This document shows, piece by piece, positions 28,548-38,140 of a stretch of DNA of 64,000 nt; within the stretch, counting starts at the first letter, position 1; each line of letters starts with the position of its first letter. This stretch comes from a virus, in the IMG/VR virus record IMGVR_UViG_3300027777_001718, positions 29,710 to 93,709 of that record; one strand, given 5' to 3'. The translations under genes were made by a program, and so were the position numbers. Under the pieces are notes generated by a model. The model was not told the origin of the DNA. It saw only the letters and a program-made list of their open reading frames with translations, and did not search any database.

Positions 28548-29045
28548 TTATTCAACACTCGTCGGTCCTTCAACTGAAGTTGGGGGTAAAATTTGTTCTT
28601 GTGTTTGTTCTTGGAGTTCTTGAGCTGCTAGTGCTTCGGCAATTCGCTCGCGCAATAGCTGCTCGGCTGTTTCTTGGTCGTCAATCTCGACGAACGGCAA
28701 CTGGTCTTGCAAGTGCGCCCACTTTGTTGGGCCCACAGCGCCAACATTGATATCGCCGGGCTCTTGCGTTGAAAACTCGGCAAGCATCGCAATAGCGTAA
28801 GCGTCGGCTTTGTTTTTGAAAACTAGCGCGCGATTGCTTTTATCAGCAAACAACGCCGTGCCGGTTCTGTTGCAGATAATCCAGCGCACAGCGGCTTCGC
28901 CAGAGTCGATGTAGCCCGGCGCGTAATTTGGCGCTGAGTTGTGCTGCGGCGCGTCCGGCGAACAACACCGTTTAAATTTTTTGTCGCTGCCACACGGGCA
29001 CTTGTCATTCCGCTTCATTAACCCTTCGCGCCGAATCGTACTCAT
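28548..29045 (-). CDS. SEC-C motif protein
   Basis: RNDKCPCGSDKKFKRCC; AGGAGG RBS. Confidence 0.8.
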   Translation of the reverse strand: MSTIRREGLMKRNDKCPCGSDKKFKRCCSPDAPQHNSAPNYAPGYIDSGEAAVRWIICNRTGTALFADKSNRALVFKNKADAYAIAMLAEFSTQEPGDINVGAVGPTKWAHLQDQLPFVEIDDQETAEQLLRERIAEALAAQELQEQTQEQILPPTSVEGPTSVE

Positions 29046-29117
29046 CGAGCCTCCTTGCAAACACACAAAATAAGCCAGCTGCGTACTGCGCCGGCGCCAA
29101 AAATATCAAAATAGTGG

Positions 29118-29402
29118 TCAGTAAATTGACACCGCGGCTACAGTGCGAACGTACAGCTCTGTTTTGTGCTTAGGCGCGCGCAACAGCTGAGCATCATGCG
29201 CCGGCACATCGCCGTACGCCACGACAGACTCGCCGTGAATCACAACGCGGTCGCCGTAGTGCGTTACGTAACCGCACAGAACGCGTGTCTGCCGGGTTGT
29301 GGCGTCCCGGGCGATGATCTTAGGCTTTCCGGCCTCAAGAGTCACAGGCGGCCTGCCAGAGGCCTTAGAATGCGAAATTTGAACTGCGCCTGAAGACGCC
29401 AT
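29118..29402 (-). CDS. hypothetical protein
   Basis: GGAGG RBS before MASSGAV. Confidence 0.55.
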   Translation of the reverse strand: MASSGAVQISHSKASGRPPVTLEAGKPKIIARDATTRQTRVLCGYVTHYGDRVVIHGESVVAYGDVPAHDAQLLRAPKHKTELYVRTVAAVSIY

Positions 29403-29469
29403 GGTTTTCCTCCGTGAAAGCGATGCGCAGCATACTGCATTTTTGGAATTCAGCAAAGCCACCGGCGAA

Positions 29470-29628
29470 CTTTTGAAAAGCTAGGGGGGTAAATCACAAT
29501 TTTTTGTGTCACAACTTGTTGGCACAATTAGAGTTAGCGCAAATCAAGCTCAAAATTCTTGTCCGCTTTAAACGGACCTAGTGTAGTTCCTACGGAACTA
29601 CGTCGGGGTAGGAATTATTCCTACCCCG
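29470..29628. other. palindrome cluster; candidate replication origin or regulatory locus
   Basis: CACAA/TTGTG motifs at 29495-29527, then three tandem inverted repeats at 29561-77, 29583-601 and 29604-28. Confidence 0.45.
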
Positions 29629-29707
29629 GGATACAACCAGAAAAAAGAAAAAACATTGGGGAGTCGGGGGATACTGCATTGCCTAAATAACCTATTTTGC
29701 GCATGCT

Positions 29708-29750
29708 AAAAAAGAGCAGAGCGTAGGGGCGGGTTTTACCCCGCCCCTAC
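29708..29750 (-). terminator. rho-independent terminator
   Basis: GTAGGGGCGGG/CCCGCCCCTAC 11-bp stem, with a T-tract downstream on the minus strand. Confidence 0.75.
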
Positions 29751-29766
29751 ACGTATGCTTGTGCGA

Positions 29767-30114
29767 TCACGTTGCAGTCGCTGGTTCTTTTTCTTTAGCT
29801 GCAGAATCGGTAGCTACGATCATTTCTTCTAGTTGCCGTTCTGGCAGTAGGTCATACAGGGCTGTTTCCATGTCCAGTATGAGTCGTCCATGCAGGCTGT
29901 CTGGACCGGTATAGATCATACAGCGCACATGCGGCTCTACAGCTTTGCCTGCAATATGCTCATGCAACATGACAAACGTCACGATGAAAAATTTATCTGC
30001 CGGCAACGCATCTATGACGTGTTGCGGAATAGTCCTGTTGAAGTGATAGATTCTTTCCGAGATGTCATTGATCTTGATCAGCACTTCTTTGTCGAGATAT
30101 TTAAATGTTTTCAC
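29767..30114 (-). CDS. hypothetical protein
   Basis: 115 aa ORF; GAGGA RBS. Confidence 0.65.
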   Translation of the reverse strand: MKTFKYLDKEVLIKINDISERIYHFNRTIPQHVIDALPADKFFIVTFVMLHEHIAGKAVEPHVRCMIYTGPDSLHGRLILDMETALYDLLPERQLEEMIVATDSAAKEKEPATAT

Positions 30115-30479
30115 TGGATATTGTCCTCTGAAAAACTCATGGTTTGTCTATTAAAATCGTAACTAGGTATGGTCCATCGTTGCCGTTTGAGGCCGGTAAA
30201 TCTTCCGTTTGTTTCTTGTTCAGACCACCGTGCTTGCACTTCTTTTTTTCGCGCTTCGATTTCTAATATTTCTTCTGGCGTTGGTTCTGCACAAACATGC
30301 GGTGTATCACGTTTGCGCAACACTTTGGGGTATTTTTTGCGGGGCAATTTGTGGATACGCATAAGTAACCGCAATCTGGTGCGAGTAATACGTAACATGC
30401 CACAAATAACGTCAATAGTATTGTTACTATTTAACAGTTCTCGCAATTGATCAATGTCGACTGGATTAGGTTTTGTCAC
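30111..30479 (-). CDS. putative HTH DNA-binding protein
   Basis: TIDVICGMLRITRTRL helix-turn-helix-like segment; PTPEEI motif. Confidence 0.5.
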   Translation of the reverse strand: MTKPNPVDIDQLRELLNSNNTIDVICGMLRITRTRLRLLMRIHKLPRKKYPKVLRKRDTPHVCAEPTPEEILEIEARKKEVQARWSEQETNGRFTGLKRQRWTIPSYDFNRQTMSFSEDNIQ

Positions 30480-30511
30480 AGATCTCTCCGTAGATCGTTA
30501 GCTACGTTGTG

Positions 30512-30766
30512 TTACTTGTCTTTTACAACCGTCCAACCAATGAATTTGAACACGTGTTTAGTAGCGTTGTAGTCACCTTCGTCGTCGTTACCGGGCATAA
30601 TTAGCACAAGCTGTTTGTTCTTGTGGTCTACCCGAAATATGGTGCCGGACCTTGGAATACCCCAGACACCGCCGTCTTGGATAATTCTCACGCAGTTCCG
30701 GCACCACTCCAGAATGTGTTCTGGCGGGCGGTCACTATCAGTCGCATCTCTATTGAACGCTACCAT
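30512..30766 (-). CDS. hypothetical protein
   Basis: DGGVWGIPRSG motif. Confidence 0.65.
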   Translation of the reverse strand: MVAFNRDATDSDRPPEHILEWCRNCVRIIQDGGVWGIPRSGTIFRVDHKNKQLVLIMPGNDDEGDYNATKHVFKFIGWTVVKDK

Positions 30767-31223
30767 TGAGTTTCTCCCGTTCTATCAATGCCCGGGCGTA
30801 GTCCATAGATACCAATTCGTGGCCAACCTGAAACCGGGCTAGCTCAGCAAGCAGCTCGGGATCCCACGGCGCGTGCAACGGCAATGAGTCTGGCCAGTGC
30901 ATAGATTCGTTGGCGTACTCTTCACTTGCGCCGGCTTCTTTGTACGCCGCGACATAGGCGTCACGATAGCATTCTTCAGCCTTGTCGTTTTGCACGTCGA
31001 CAACGACAGTTTCCCAGCCGTCGTCGTTTTTTTCGTCTTCGCTTATGGCAGCCGCAATACGATACGCGTAATGCGCCCCAACAAGATGACTAATGATTTC
31101 GGTGCAGTCGCTATCCGAAAAGTCACACGAGGCAAAGCTGCGCCGAATCAGGCTGGCAATCGTCTCTTCAGTTACAGGATCACGATCGGCAATCAAGAAC
31201 TCTTCGCGAATGGTTTCCGGCAT
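30750..31223 (-). CDS. hypothetical protein
   Basis: 157 aa ORF tiling the operon. Confidence 0.65.
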   Translation of the reverse strand: MPETIREEFLIADRDPVTEETIASLIRRSFASCDFSDSDCTEIISHLVGAHYAYRIAAAISEDEKNDDGWETVVVDVQNDKAEECYRDAYVAAYKEAGASEEYANESMHWPDSLPLHAPWDPELLAELARFQVGHELVSMDYARALIEREKLNGSVQ

Positions 31224-31225
31224 GG

Positions 31226-31711
31226 TCAGGTTTTCTGCTTTGTGGGATTAAACCGCTCTACGATCACACGCTGCCACTCTCGGGCTTGTGAGCCGCGGCC
31301 AAGGAAGTCGTGGTAGTTCAGCTTGAGCTGATGCACGATGTCAGCCAGCACGTCGAGGCCGTAGACGCCTTCCATAGACGCTACTGGCTTACCGGTTTTG
31401 TTATCAAAGATAGTGGCTTTGTAGTCGCTGAAATCGCTTTTGATAACATTGGTGTGCGCCTTGACCATGTCTTTGTGCAGGCCAAGCTTCAGGAACGCTT
31501 CGGGTTTCGTGATCGTGTGGCCGTCGCAGATATCCGCTACGGCAAGAATGACTTTGGCTGGGATATTCTCCCAGCGGGTCATGTCTTTATTCTTAGCTTT
31601 TGGTTTTGGCTTGTTTGTTTTTTCGAATGCCTTGCCCAGATGGGCGCGAGCTGACTTTATTTTGGGCTTTCCCTTTACGACTGCCTTTTTTGCTGCTTTC
31701 TTTTTTGCCAC
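31226..31711 (-). CDS. hypothetical protein with Lys-rich N-terminus
   Basis: MAKKKAAKKAVVK...; GRGSQAR motif. Confidence 0.65.
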   Translation of the reverse strand: MAKKKAAKKAVVKGKPKIKSARAHLGKAFEKTNKPKPKAKNKDMTRWENIPAKVILAVADICDGHTITKPEAFLKLGLHKDMVKAHTNVIKSDFSDYKATIFDNKTGKPVASMEGVYGLDVLADIVHQLKLNYHDFLGRGSQAREWQRVIVERFNPTKQKT

Positions 31712-32093
31712 GGGTTACTTTCTTTTTTTGCGGGAGGAGAATATCAGTCACAAACCGTCTGCGCCGTTTAAGGTCTTTCGCCTTGCCTACGTCTTTGAGT
31801 GTCTCAGCGTCGACCCAAATCCACGCCTGCACATATGCGCCGTACTCGGGCTCATCTGTTGACACCGCTGCGTTGTCGTCAACTTCGATATAGCCTTCTT
31901 CGGTGCATTCTTGGGCAGCAGCGACGTAGTTGTCATGGAACTTGGATTGGTGGTCATCAGCAGCAAGGTCTACTTTGACTGCTAACACGCTGTTCTTTTT
32001 GATATCTTGCAGGTCTTCGTAATGAATGGCTACCCAGCAGACGGTGTCAAACGGCCGTATATCTTTATCGAACCGAGCGTTTTTGTTTTTCAT
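31593..32093 (-). CDS. hypothetical protein
   Basis: IEVDDNA.VS...GAYVQAWIWV motif. Confidence 0.6.
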   Translation of the reverse strand: MKNKNARFDKDIRPFDTVCWVAIHYEDLQDIKKNSVLAVKVDLAADDHQSKFHDNYVAAAQECTEEGYIEVDDNAAVSTDEPEYGAYVQAWIWVDAETLKDVGKAKDLKRRRRFVTDILLPQKKKVTRGKKESSKKGSRKGKAQNKVSSRPSGQGIRKNKQAKTKS

Positions 32094-32100
32094 GTTGGTT

Positions 32101-32781
32101 TTATCCGTCTTCTATACTTCTGATCATGTTGTCCCAACTATTGCTGGTGTCGGTTTCCCAACGACTTGGCGCCAACATGTGCACTATGCGCGGTCGGCGT
32201 TTTTGCACAATAACCGGCTCGTCTTGCAGGTTTCTGCCGCGGCTATGAATACGCCGCCGTAGAACTTTTTTGGCCTCACGACACTCGTCGCATGTTTTTG
32301 CTGCCATGGTTTTGTACGCGCCGCATGCGCAGTGCCGCAAGTCTGCTGCGGTTGTTAGTCCCCACAGGCGCTCTACATAGCGTTTCCGCCATTCAAACCA
32401 TCGACGAAACGCACGAATTACTCGGTCGACACGTTTAGGTTCTACAGGCTGGGAAAGCAACGCTTGCGCTTCGACCGAGTTGTGTATGGTTTTTGCGCGT
32501 TCTTCTTCTTTGCCTGAGCAGTCTACAACGCGACATTTTCTACATGTTGCAGCATGCAAACTTTTTACACCGCCGCAATATACGCATATATTGCCGCCGC
32601 CGCGTTGTAACAATTTAACAGTGTTGTTTAATCTGCGTCGTTGTTTTTCAAGTTCCCAAACCTCAGCTAGATTTCCAAGGCCGTTGCGCTCTCGATACGC
32701 GCGCAATTTTCCAGTAATTCCAGAAAGCTCGGCTAGCTTTTCTTTGAGCTTAGCTTGTGTTTTGGCCGCAAGCGTGGTCAT
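32101..32781 (-). CDS. Zn-finger-containing protein
   Basis: two Cys clusters (CxxCG..K..A.TC..C and CxCG.YK..A.TC..C). Confidence 0.6.
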   Translation of the reverse strand: MTTLAAKTQAKLKEKLAELSGITGKLRAYRERNGLGNLAEVWELEKQRRRLNNTVKLLQRGGGNICVYCGGVKSLHAATCRKCRVVDCSGKEEERAKTIHNSVEAQALLSQPVEPKRVDRVIRAFRRWFEWRKRYVERLWGLTTAADLRHCACGAYKTMAAKTCDECREAKKVLRRRIHSRGRNLQDEPVIVQKRRPRIVHMLAPSRWETDTSNSWDNMIRSIEDG

Positions 32782-32810
32782 GCGGGGCCCTTGTGTTTTC
32801 CGTTTAGATA

Positions 32811-33419
32811 TCAGTCCAGTACGCGTGTAACGGTGTTGTCTCGGGCTACGGTGCGCTGGTAGGTCACGCGGTACGAACCCGGGGGGAGAACCCAGTCTCC
32901 GTGCTCAGGATGCGTTACGGTGTTGGTTTCTGTCAAGGCGAAGATCGGGCCTGCGAACGCCAGCAGTTCCGCAGCCGCGTCAAAGCCAACAACGTTTGCC
33001 GGGCGGTCTTCGTTGCGATCTGCTGTGCGCATCAAAATCTGCCAGCCGGCTGCGGTTGTGTCGATGCCGTGCTGTTTAGCAATGAAAGCTTCAAGCTGCG
33101 TTCCGTTGAACTCCATTGGTGTGTATACCGTCACGCCGCGGCCATGCGCCAGACAATGACGGCTGCCTTTGGTGTTGCCGTCAGCAAGCTGCATTGGGAA
33201 CGACGGGCTCGCTGGTTCAAACAAGATTGGCGTGGACGTAACATCCTCGATCAGCTGGATATAGATGTCACCCTGCCGAACAGCGTCGCCAATACTGGCG
33301 GCTTCAGGAAAGTTCTGCGGATCGTCATTCTTGATCTTCTCAACCTGCGCCTGCGCCTCACGAAGCTGGCGGACGGCGGTGCTGTTATTGATATCAAAGC
33401 TGGTAGCAGTAGTTGTCAT
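32811..33419 (-). CDS. DUF6745-associated partner protein
   Basis: RQGDI...LADG..GSRH...HPEHG..LPPGSY.V..QR...RVLD. Confidence 0.65.
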   Translation of the reverse strand: MTTTATSFDINNSTAVRQLREAQAQVEKIKNDDPQNFPEAASIGDAVRQGDIYIQLIEDVTSTPILFEPASPSFPMQLADGNTKGSRHCLAHGRGVTVYTPMEFNGTQLEAFIAKQHGIDTTAAGWQILMRTADRNEDRPANVVGFDAAAELLAFAGPIFALTETNTVTHPEHGDWVLPPGSYRVTYQRTVARDNTVTRVLD

Positions 33420-33448
33420 GTGTAAACTCCAAGAAAAGGAACTAAAAC

Positions 33449-34915
33449 TCAAGAAGCGCCCAGCAAACGCATGGGCTTTGATGCATACGAGACGTTGCCT
33501 TCAATACGGACATTCGCCATCCAGTGCTGCGCAGCTTCGCAGGTTGTGACTTCACTGGGCACGCTCAAGAAATACCGCCGGCCTGTAGATCTGCAGAACA
33601 GAACCATGCGTTTTTGACCAGCGGGCCGCCATCTGCCAGCATCTGTGTTATCCCGCATTTCTGAGCGCGGCGGGCCTACCAACATCTCGACAGTGTTATC
33701 CACGTCGTTTGTGCGCCGGTCAAGCACAGGGCAGTCGGCTTCGACAATGAACTTGTCCCAGCCAAACTTTTCGATAGCCAGCCGGCGGGTTTCCTCGTTA
33801 CGGATCCGCAGGATATGGTCGGTCGAAAGCTTATTTGGCGTCTCGACGATGTACTTGCCGCCTTCTTCCATATAGTGACCGTTGTTGAACCACAGCCGCG
33901 TATTGTCAGCCCACGATACGGCGGGGCCCGTCGTGCTGTGCATTTCGCCTTCTTGGTCCGTGTGGATTGTTGGGCGGTCAGCCAGAATAACGCACGACTT
34001 CTGGAACGCCATAAACGCCGTGCAATGGTGAAATACTTCGTGCTCCCACGTCATTTCAGGCGCGTCGAGCTTTAGAATGCGGCACAGGATCTCAGAGTCA
34101 ATGGCTTTAGGCTGCGATCCAAGAAACACACTTTGCGCAACAAGTCCATTATCATCTGATTCTTCGGCTAGTAGATCTTCGATATCAACAGCGCGCCGCA
34201 ATTCGCCGATAGCGTACAGCGTGTTGTTGTTACCCCAGATTGCTGCTGATTGAATTTCACCAAGTTTTTTGCTGGTATTTGTTGTCGTTACAGGGCGTTT
34301 AGTGCCGTCCCAGCTGCAGACTTCTTGGGTAATGCTTGTCAGCGCATTTGCGTCGTTGAGCATAGACGTAACGATAGGCATTACGTTTTCAAGCGTATTT
34401 GTCCGGTACACGGTTTCGCGGTTTTCAGGGTTTCTGTCAAACCCGGGGCGCCAGTTCACGCGTCTGTGGCCAGTCGACTGGCTTAGCATTTTTTCACGCT
34501 CAAGATACTCGTTGTGAATAGCGCGCCGCCACGTACGGGCAAACTCTCGCTGCTCGTCCCACCACCGGGTACGGCCATGGTTCCACTGCGCCATTGAGTC
34601 GCGCCGCAGCGGTTTCAGAAATGCCGCGTCTAAGCCAAGCAATTTGCACAGCTCTTCTGCGTACTTTTTGTTCATGCGCCCGCGCACAACACTGCCGGCA
34701 ATCATGAACGCCACCGGAGAAGCAACGGTATAAAACGTAATGTCTTTGTTCTTGCTGTGGTCGCGGCGATACGAACCAATGCCGTTGGTATAAGCAGCCC
34801 GAATACACGTTTTTGCTTTTTCGAGATTTGGCGTGCCGGCAAACACAGTGTTTTGCCAGCGCTCAAACGTCTCTTTTACAATTGCCTTATGCGCCTTAGA
34901 GATAGCGGATTTCAT
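33449..34915 (-). CDS. DUF6745 domain protein
   Basis: MHS..GPAV.WAD....F.NG, I..I.NEE.RR..IE.FGW, C.STGR.Y.L.VP...TCEAA..W. Confidence 0.7.
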   Translation of the reverse strand: MKSAISKAHKAIVKETFERWQNTVFAGTPNLEKAKTCIRAAYTNGIGSYRRDHSKNKDITFYTVASPVAFMIAGSVVRGRMNKKYAEELCKLLGLDAAFLKPLRRDSMAQWNHGRTRWWDEQREFARTWRRAIHNEYLEREKMLSQSTGHRRVNWRPGFDRNPENRETVYRTNTLENVMPIVTSMLNDANALTSITQEVCSWDGTKRPVTTTNTSKKLGEIQSAAIWGNNNTLYAIGELRRAVDIEDLLAEESDDNGLVAQSVFLGSQPKAIDSEILCRILKLDAPEMTWEHEVFHHCTAFMAFQKSCVILADRPTIHTDQEGEMHSTTGPAVSWADNTRLWFNNGHYMEEGGKYIVETPNKLSTDHILRIRNEETRRLAIEKFGWDKFIVEADCPVLDRRTNDVDNTVEMLVGPPRSEMRDNTDAGRWRPAGQKRMVLFCRSTGRRYFLSVPSEVTTCEAAQHWMANVRIEGNVSYASKPMRLLGAS

Positions 34916-35255
34916 GTGGTTGATTAGTTGTTTCAGGGTAAGGTGTGTACAGAGGGTGCTGATAAAGCACTTTGCCGCCGCGGGATATCTGAATCTTGAT
35001 AATGCAGTGGTCGAGAATAGACGGGCCACCGCGCGTGCGCTTGTTGTAGAGCACAATTGGGACTTTATATTGTCCGCAACTACGGCCTACGTAGCCGCAC
35101 ATATTTGCGCTATCGCCCCAGTCTTGGCCAGCTTGCGGGCCTGTGATGTTGCCGTACCGGAATTTGATACGCCTGTTATACAGCCGGCATGCTTCCAGTA
35201 TGTTGGCGACTTCTACAGGCGTTTCATCGTGATACCACGTCTCGTTGATCAGCAA
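34896..35255 (-). CDS. conserved phage protein
   Basis: GYVGRS.G..KVPI....R..GG..ILDHCIIKI motif. Confidence 0.7.
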   Translation of the reverse strand: MLINETWYHDETPVEVANILEACRLYNRRIKFRYGNITGPQAGQDWGDSANMCGYVGRSCGQYKVPIVLYNKRTRGGPSILDHCIIKIQISRGGKVLYQHPLYTPYPETTNQPHEIRYL

Positions 35256-35934
35256 GTGTTTCTCCCTTGAGCGTTAAATCGTGTCGCGCGAGCGCTTCAC
35301 GAATCTGTGTTAGGCTTGTAAGCCCAAACCCGCGGCACTCCATAAGATCGGCCGCGCTTAGGTTTATGATGCCAGCAACAGACGTAGCGCCAAGACTAAA
35401 CAGCGCTTTTTGTGCTCGGGGGCCTAAGCCTAGCCAGTGAACATGCTTTTGCAGAACGTCTGTCTCTTGCGCTGGTGGTGGCGCAGTTGGCCTTGGGTTG
35501 GCAAAACCGGAGAGCAGCAACGAGCCAGTAGCATCAATTTCAAACGTTTCAAAAGCGTCGCAATCTGTAAGCCAGTAGTCGGGGATTGGCAGGATCTCAA
35601 CAAAGTCATCGCCGCCGACTAGTTCACGGCTCATGCCGTACCAGTCATCAAACTCTCCAACACTTGGGTCGCAGCCTTTGGCGTAGATAACGTGATTAGA
35701 TGCGTCACCTTCTGTAAGCAAGCGCGGCTCGCCGTTGCTCATGAGGTAAACGCCCTGATCATGTACGAATAAGAGCGCGGGGCCTTTGGGCGTTCTGTTA
35801 GTGATCGGCGGCAAACCCGCTGCTGCGCATTCTTCATCTGTCATGTTCTCGTAGCCCATATCGAACTCAGTCGAAGCCATAGCGTGCTCAATGAGCGGCT
35901 TCAGTTCCGACGTCTTGAACCTGCAGATTCCCAT
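35224..35934 (-). CDS. DUF3085 domain fused to RNA polymerase alpha-CTD-like domain
   Basis: LFVHDQGVYLMSN...YAKGCDP...GGDDFVE, then LGLGPRA..L....L...RGFG.TSL.QI..AL. Confidence 0.7.
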   Translation of the reverse strand: MGICRFKTSELKPLIEHAMASTEFDMGYENMTDEECAAAGLPPITNRTPKGPALLFVHDQGVYLMSNGEPRLLTEGDASNHVIYAKGCDPSVGEFDDWYGMSRELVGGDDFVEILPIPDYWLTDCDAFETFEIDATGSLLLSGFANPRPTAPPPAQETDVLQKHVHWLGLGPRAQKALFSLGATSVAGIINLSAADLMECRGFGLTSLTQIREALARHDLTLKGETLADQRDVVSR

Positions 35935-36283
35935 CTTCTAGTTCCCTTTCGAGATTTTTGCCGCGTCCGAGCATCCAGCCTTCGGTTTTGATATTTGAAA
36001 GCCAATCCGCCACGGTGGGGATTCGGCCTAGGTCTTCTTTGACGTGCTGCTCGCCGATATAGCGCACAGGAACGACTCTGCCGGCCGAATTCACAATCGT
36101 CACGCCGAAGATCCTCTCGGCCATGAAGATGCCCTCCGTGTGATGCCGGAGGGCTCTGTGGCGGAAATCAGCCATGTGCGCTTTGGACTCATCGAACCAG
36201 TCGTGGATCTTTTGGTAGTCCGCGGGTTCGCCACCCCACTTACGGGCTGACGATATCGCGTGGTGGTATGGGTGAGCCATCAC
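35888..36283 (-). CDS. DUF6915 family protein
   Basis: HPYHHA.SSARKWGG...IHDWFDESK...HRALRHH..G...EQHVKED. Confidence 0.8.
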   Translation of the reverse strand: MMAHPYHHAISSARKWGGEPADYQKIHDWFDESKAHMADFRHRALRHHTEGIFMAERIFGVTIVNSAGRVVPVRYIGEQHVKEDLGRIPTVADWLSNIKTEGWMLGRGKNLERELEDGNLQVQDVGTEAAH

Positions 36284-36801
36284 GCCTCCGTTTGTTTTGC
36301 GGGTTCCGGCGGGCGCTTAAGTAACTCTTCTTTCCGCGCCTTTTTCGAAACAAGCGGTTCCAGTTTTGTAATAAACGGAATAATCTCGCTACAGCGCATT
36401 GTGTTGTATTCTTTCAAAAACTCAGAGTTTTTACTCTTTTTTGCGCGCTGCCACCACACTTTTACTCTGGCGTGCGGATAACTAACCGTTCCGCCTCTGC
36501 CGGGATGTTCCGGTGCGCTGATAATGCAAGTCTCCACCGTGTCAGACCACGTCACTTCGCACAAAAAATCTTTATTAGTTCGCCAATCGCCGGTAACGTA
36601 AACATCAAACGTATTTTCGTCATAATCGCTTTCCAAAATTGGAAAACGTTCAATTAGTTCACGCGTCCAGTACTCAACTTCGATTTCGGCCGCAGCAGAC
36701 ATCGCGGCGTCGGCTTCGTACTTTTTACGTACGGCCTCTTTTGCGATGGCGTCAATTTCTTGTTCTGTCCATTGTTTTCCGTGCCATATACTTGCCATCA
36801 T
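36280..36801 (-). CDS. hypothetical protein
   Basis: 173 aa ORF; AGGAGG RBS. Confidence 0.65.
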   Translation of the reverse strand: MMASIWHGKQWTEQEIDAIAKEAVRKKYEADAAMSAAAEIEVEYWTRELIERFPILESDYDENTFDVYVTGDWRTNKDFLCEVTWSDTVETCIISAPEHPGRGGTVSYPHARVKVWWQRAKKSKNSEFLKEYNTMRCSEIIPFITKLEPLVSKKARKEELLKRPPEPAKQTEA

Positions 36802-37055
36802 TCCTCCTTTGTGCGTTTATTAGCCAGCCGCGGGACCATCCGGTCGTACGGCGGGTTGTCCTGTGGGCTCAAAGAAGCCAGCAGGTTTTCTAGCGTGTCA
36901 ATCTCTTCGTCGAATCCCGCGTCAGACAAATCCATTGCCGTCAATACTCGTTCTCGCGTCCTTGGCATATCTGTCACGACAACCCGGATAAACTCCAGCG
37001 CTGTCACAAGCGCTGACTGTAACCCAGCCGGTAATGGTTGCGGCTTTTTCATCAA
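36798..37055 (-). CDS. hypothetical protein
   Basis: 85 aa ORF tiling the operon. Confidence 0.6.
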   Translation of the reverse strand: MMKKPQPLPAGLQSALVTALEFIRVVVTDMPRTRERVLTAMDLSDAGFDEEIDTLENLLASLSPQDNPPYDRMVPRLANKRTKEE

Positions 37056-37480
37056 AACTCTCGTTCGTATGTGTTTACTTCTGTATACCGCTGGTTATGT
37101 TCAAGCGTGATTTTTCCGTTTTCAACTGTAATATCAATTTCGCCGTAAGCGCCGTCGTTGTTTTCCCAGCCTTCAAAACTATCTGACACAAGCTTCCACA
37201 AAGCGTTTTCAAACGCGTCTGCTATTTTTTGTGTAAAAATCTGTTTGTTGGCTTCAACTTTGGTAATATGCTGCGTTAAAAAACTATTTAACGTCTGTGA
37301 GCTGTGTTCGCCTATTGGCAGTTTTGGGTTGCCGGATATAAACGTAAAATCGTTTATATCTCCAGAATCTCCGCTGCCGTCATAGGTACACGTCACTTGC
37401 GTGACACCCATTGTTTTGAGCAGCTTGCAGGTGTCTTTAAGTGTTTCAACGGCTGTTTTTTCTTTTTTGGTTTTTGCCAT
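37052..37480 (-). CDS. DUF6878 family protein
   Basis: YDGSGDSG...GWENNDGAYG...HNQRY. Confidence 0.75.
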   Translation of the reverse strand: MAKTKKEKTAVETLKDTCKLLKTMGVTQVTCTYDGSGDSGDINDFTFISGNPKLPIGEHSSQTLNSFLTQHITKVEANKQIFTQKIADAFENALWKLVSDSFEGWENNDGAYGEIDITVENGKITLEHNQRYTEVNTYEREF

Positions 37481-37483
37481 GTG

Positions 37484-38056
37484 TTAGTAGCTCGCATATA
37501 CAGTGCAGGGTTTGCCAGTCTCGCGCTCTCGGCGCTCGGCCAGCGCGACAAAGTCTCGAAAAGATTGCACGACATCTTCAGCGTGCTCTGAACCAGCTTC
37601 TGGGTACAAGCGCAGGCAGCGCTCGCGCGCGGCAGCTTCAACACTCATTGCAGGTGTGAGGCTGTCAGGTATCTCAAGCGCCGCGCTGTTTTCGTTGATC
37701 TCGGCCTGCAGTTTTGCCAGAAATTGGTTTGGGTCTTTGCTAATATCTTCGCCAGCCATAACGCCGCCGAGTAGCTTACTCATTAGGGCGGTCATGGCGT
37801 GGCCGCCGTTGCAGCCTTCTGCTGCTGGCGCTGCGTTTGTCAGGCGCTCGCGCATGACAGCCGCTGGAATCTCAGCGCGGCAGTCGTCTGACTCAAACGC
37901 CTCTTTGACCAAGATCTGCGTGGCATATGGCCCGCCGTGATACGCCTCGCGCAGGTAACCAACATGGCCAGATGTGGGAGAAAACCCGATAGACATCTGG
38001 TCGTCTTTTGCCTGCTTGTTTTTGCCTTCCCATTCCAAATAGATATCAATTCCCAC
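37484..38056 (-). CDS. conserved phage protein
   Basis: MGIDIYL...GHVGYLREAY...VYASY. Confidence 0.7.
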   Translation of the reverse strand: MGIDIYLEWEGKNKQAKDDQMSIGFSPTSGHVGYLREAYHGGPYATQILVKEAFESDDCRAEIPAAVMRERLTNAAPAAEGCNGGHAMTALMSKLLGGVMAGEDISKDPNQFLAKLQAEINENSAALEIPDSLTPAMSVEAAARERCLRLYPEAGSEHAEDVVQSFRDFVALAERRERETGKPCTVYASY

Positions 38057-38071
38057 GGTTTAGTCCTCGGT

Positions 38072-38110
38072 AAAAAGAGAGAGGGCGCCGAGTACACACT
38101 CGACGCCCTC
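38072..38110 (-). terminator. rho-independent terminator
   Basis: GAGGGCGTCGAGT-GTGT-ACTCGGCGCCCTC then TCTCTTTTT. Confidence 0.75.
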
Positions 38111-38140
38111 CATGGCGTTCACTCGTAGCTGGGTCCGCAA

